Assembly: GCF_001194135.2 (NCBI RefSeq)
Contig: NC_068984.1
Location: 131,725,301-131,789,300, forward strand
Source: Octopus bimaculoides
Taxonomy: Eukaryota
DNA length: 64,000 nt
Reading direction: 5' to 3'
Of the stretch, positions 62,225 through 64,000 are shown piece after piece (the stretch's first letter is position 1; every line of letters starts with the position of its first letter). The notes under the pieces were generated by a model that searched no databases, was not told the origin of the DNA, and saw only the letters and a program-made list of their open reading frames with translations. The position numbers were made by a program, and so were the translations under genes.

Positions 62225-62841
62225 TCACACACTAATGTATAACCCATGCCAGCATGGAAGGCACATGTTAAACAATGATGATGTTGTGTTCACATTAGCA
62301 TTTAATAATTATCTATTTGATGGCATTTAAGATGCACTTTTTCCCCCTGAAAGATATCTCTAAAAATCAACCTGCATTTTATATGCAAAGTTGAGCCTAT
62401 ATTACATACTCTGGAGCTGTAAAACCTATTTTTACATGAGTATGTGCTGCTGAAATTGAGGTGCATATAATCTGCCTATGCATCTTTTATAGTCATCAAA
62501 AGTACAGTATTTTGATACTTTAGAAAATGTACTGCCAAAGATAGAATGAGATCAGTAAAACTGTATGTTAGTAAGTCAGTCTTGTGGGTAAGCTTTTTGT
62601 TTGTTGTGGATTCTCCATGCACTAACCTTTAGCTTAGATCACTTTTCCCATCAGTATAAAGTTTTTTATGAGGAAGTTTGATGGATTCACTGATAATCTG
62701 TTATCTCTTAGCATGATTAATTTCTACTGACATTGATCCACTTTTTAGCAAACTAAGAAAACTAAGTGGAAATGACTTGAAAGATCACTTCAGATCTATC
62801 TATCTATCTATTGATCGATATATAGATAGATGGATAGATAT

Positions 62842-62888
<47 letters not shown>

Positions 62889-62996
62889 TAGATAGATAGA
62901 TATATGTATACATATATAGTTAGATATATATGTGTGTATATATAGATAGATAGATAGACATATATATAGATATGTATGTGTATATATATATGTATA

Positions 62997-63029
<33 letters not shown>

Positions 63030-63034
<5 letters not shown>

Positions 63035-63960
63035 TGGAACACCACGTGACCATATTTCTTATGGGCAATTTCATCTTCCCCTACGACAAATGGCCCGAAG
63101 GAATGATTCATTGCAAGCAAGCACAGGTGGACTCCCTGCTCAACCTCACAATGCCCTATTCATGGAGCAAGCTGTTGTCAGACCAACTTGGGCGAATAAC
63201 ATTCTGGATCTCTGCTTCACAAACAATATGGCCGAAAGTAACCAGAGACATACAGCCTAAAGGAAGTACCCAAAATCTCTCCAATCTGAACGCCCACAAA
63301 GGAGACTGGAAATCGATCCAAAAAGAGATCCTCAAGACTGGCCAAAATGTCTCCCCACACCAGGCATTGACATGAAACTAGAATGTTTCATGTCTACTGT
63401 GCAAGCCATATGCCAGAAATATGTCCCAGAGCACAAGGCCAAAACAAATAGGAAAAAGATTCCAAGGGAGAGGAAGATCATGAGATGGTGGACGAAGGTT
63501 GCAAATCAACTCAACCGACATCCCAAAAGTAGCGAAAGGTCCCGCCTAAAAACAACACTGATGGACATTGAAAAAAGGCTGCAACAATCCTATGTGAGGG
63601 AGAGAGCAGACAAAGAAGCCTGGGTTATAAAAAACATTAAGTCAAACCCCAAGGCCTTCTTTCGTTATGCGAAAGAAACAGCCTCAGTACGCTGCAAGAT
63701 AGGACTCAGAATCAGTGAGGTACTGAATGACCAGTTCAAAACTGTCTTTACCACCCCGTTGGAACACAGAAAGAGTGAACGAACCAGTGAGCTTCTTTGC
63801 CGTCTCACTTATAACCAGCGAGGCAGTTACGATGGAATATCTCGACATTAGTGAAGAAGATATACTACTAATCATAGATGAGGTGGACGCAAACTCAACT
63901 GCTGGTCCTGATGGTTTCCCAGCAATCCTCCTCAAATCGTGTAAGCATGCCCTGGCAAAA
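63030..63960 (+). pseudogene. CR1/L2-group LINE fragment (endonuclease end, linker, RT start)
   Basis: FMEQAVVRPTWANNILDLCFTNN, IKSNPKAFFRYA, ISEVLNDQFKTVFT, STAGPDGFPAILLKSC; frameshifted and truncated by (AT)n. Confidence 0.85.
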
Positions 63961-64000
63961 CATACATATATATATGCATATATATATATATATATATATA

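Overview
AT-rich, repeat-dominated animal genomic DNA. The SINE/LINE families and the (AT)n/(CT)n/(GT)n load look to me like an Octopus (coleoid cephalopod) assembly; this is an inference from recalled repeat families. No intact protein-coding ORF, tRNA, rRNA or CRISPR array is supportable. The ORF track is TE remnants, microsatellites and N-gap artefacts. Well-supported content: three TIR-complete Tc1/mariner-superfamily fossils in the first 6 kb (DD36E Tc1, DD34D mariner, maT-like), further Tc1 and pogo fragments, piggyBac, hAT, mariner and Merlin/MULE-like MITEs, a non-autonomous Helitron, two solo-LTR-like units, RTE and CR1 LINE fragments, many SINEs (my working labels A-E), and a Penelope-like element with an inverted pair of minimal hammerhead ribozyme motifs. 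Most interesting: (i) the hammerhead pair; (ii) a TTAGGG-carrying MITE whose 8-bp TSD is confirmed by an empty-site paralog in the window; (iii) two apparent local templated insertions into SINEs; (iv) several fold-back structures that are candidate ADAR substrates; (v) a CpG-retaining, promoter-like zone at about 22-24 kb with a 22-bp hairpin. A host gene may span the window, but its exons can only be guessed. SINE and LINE-fragment boundaries are approximate; TIR/TSD coordinates were counted by hand.
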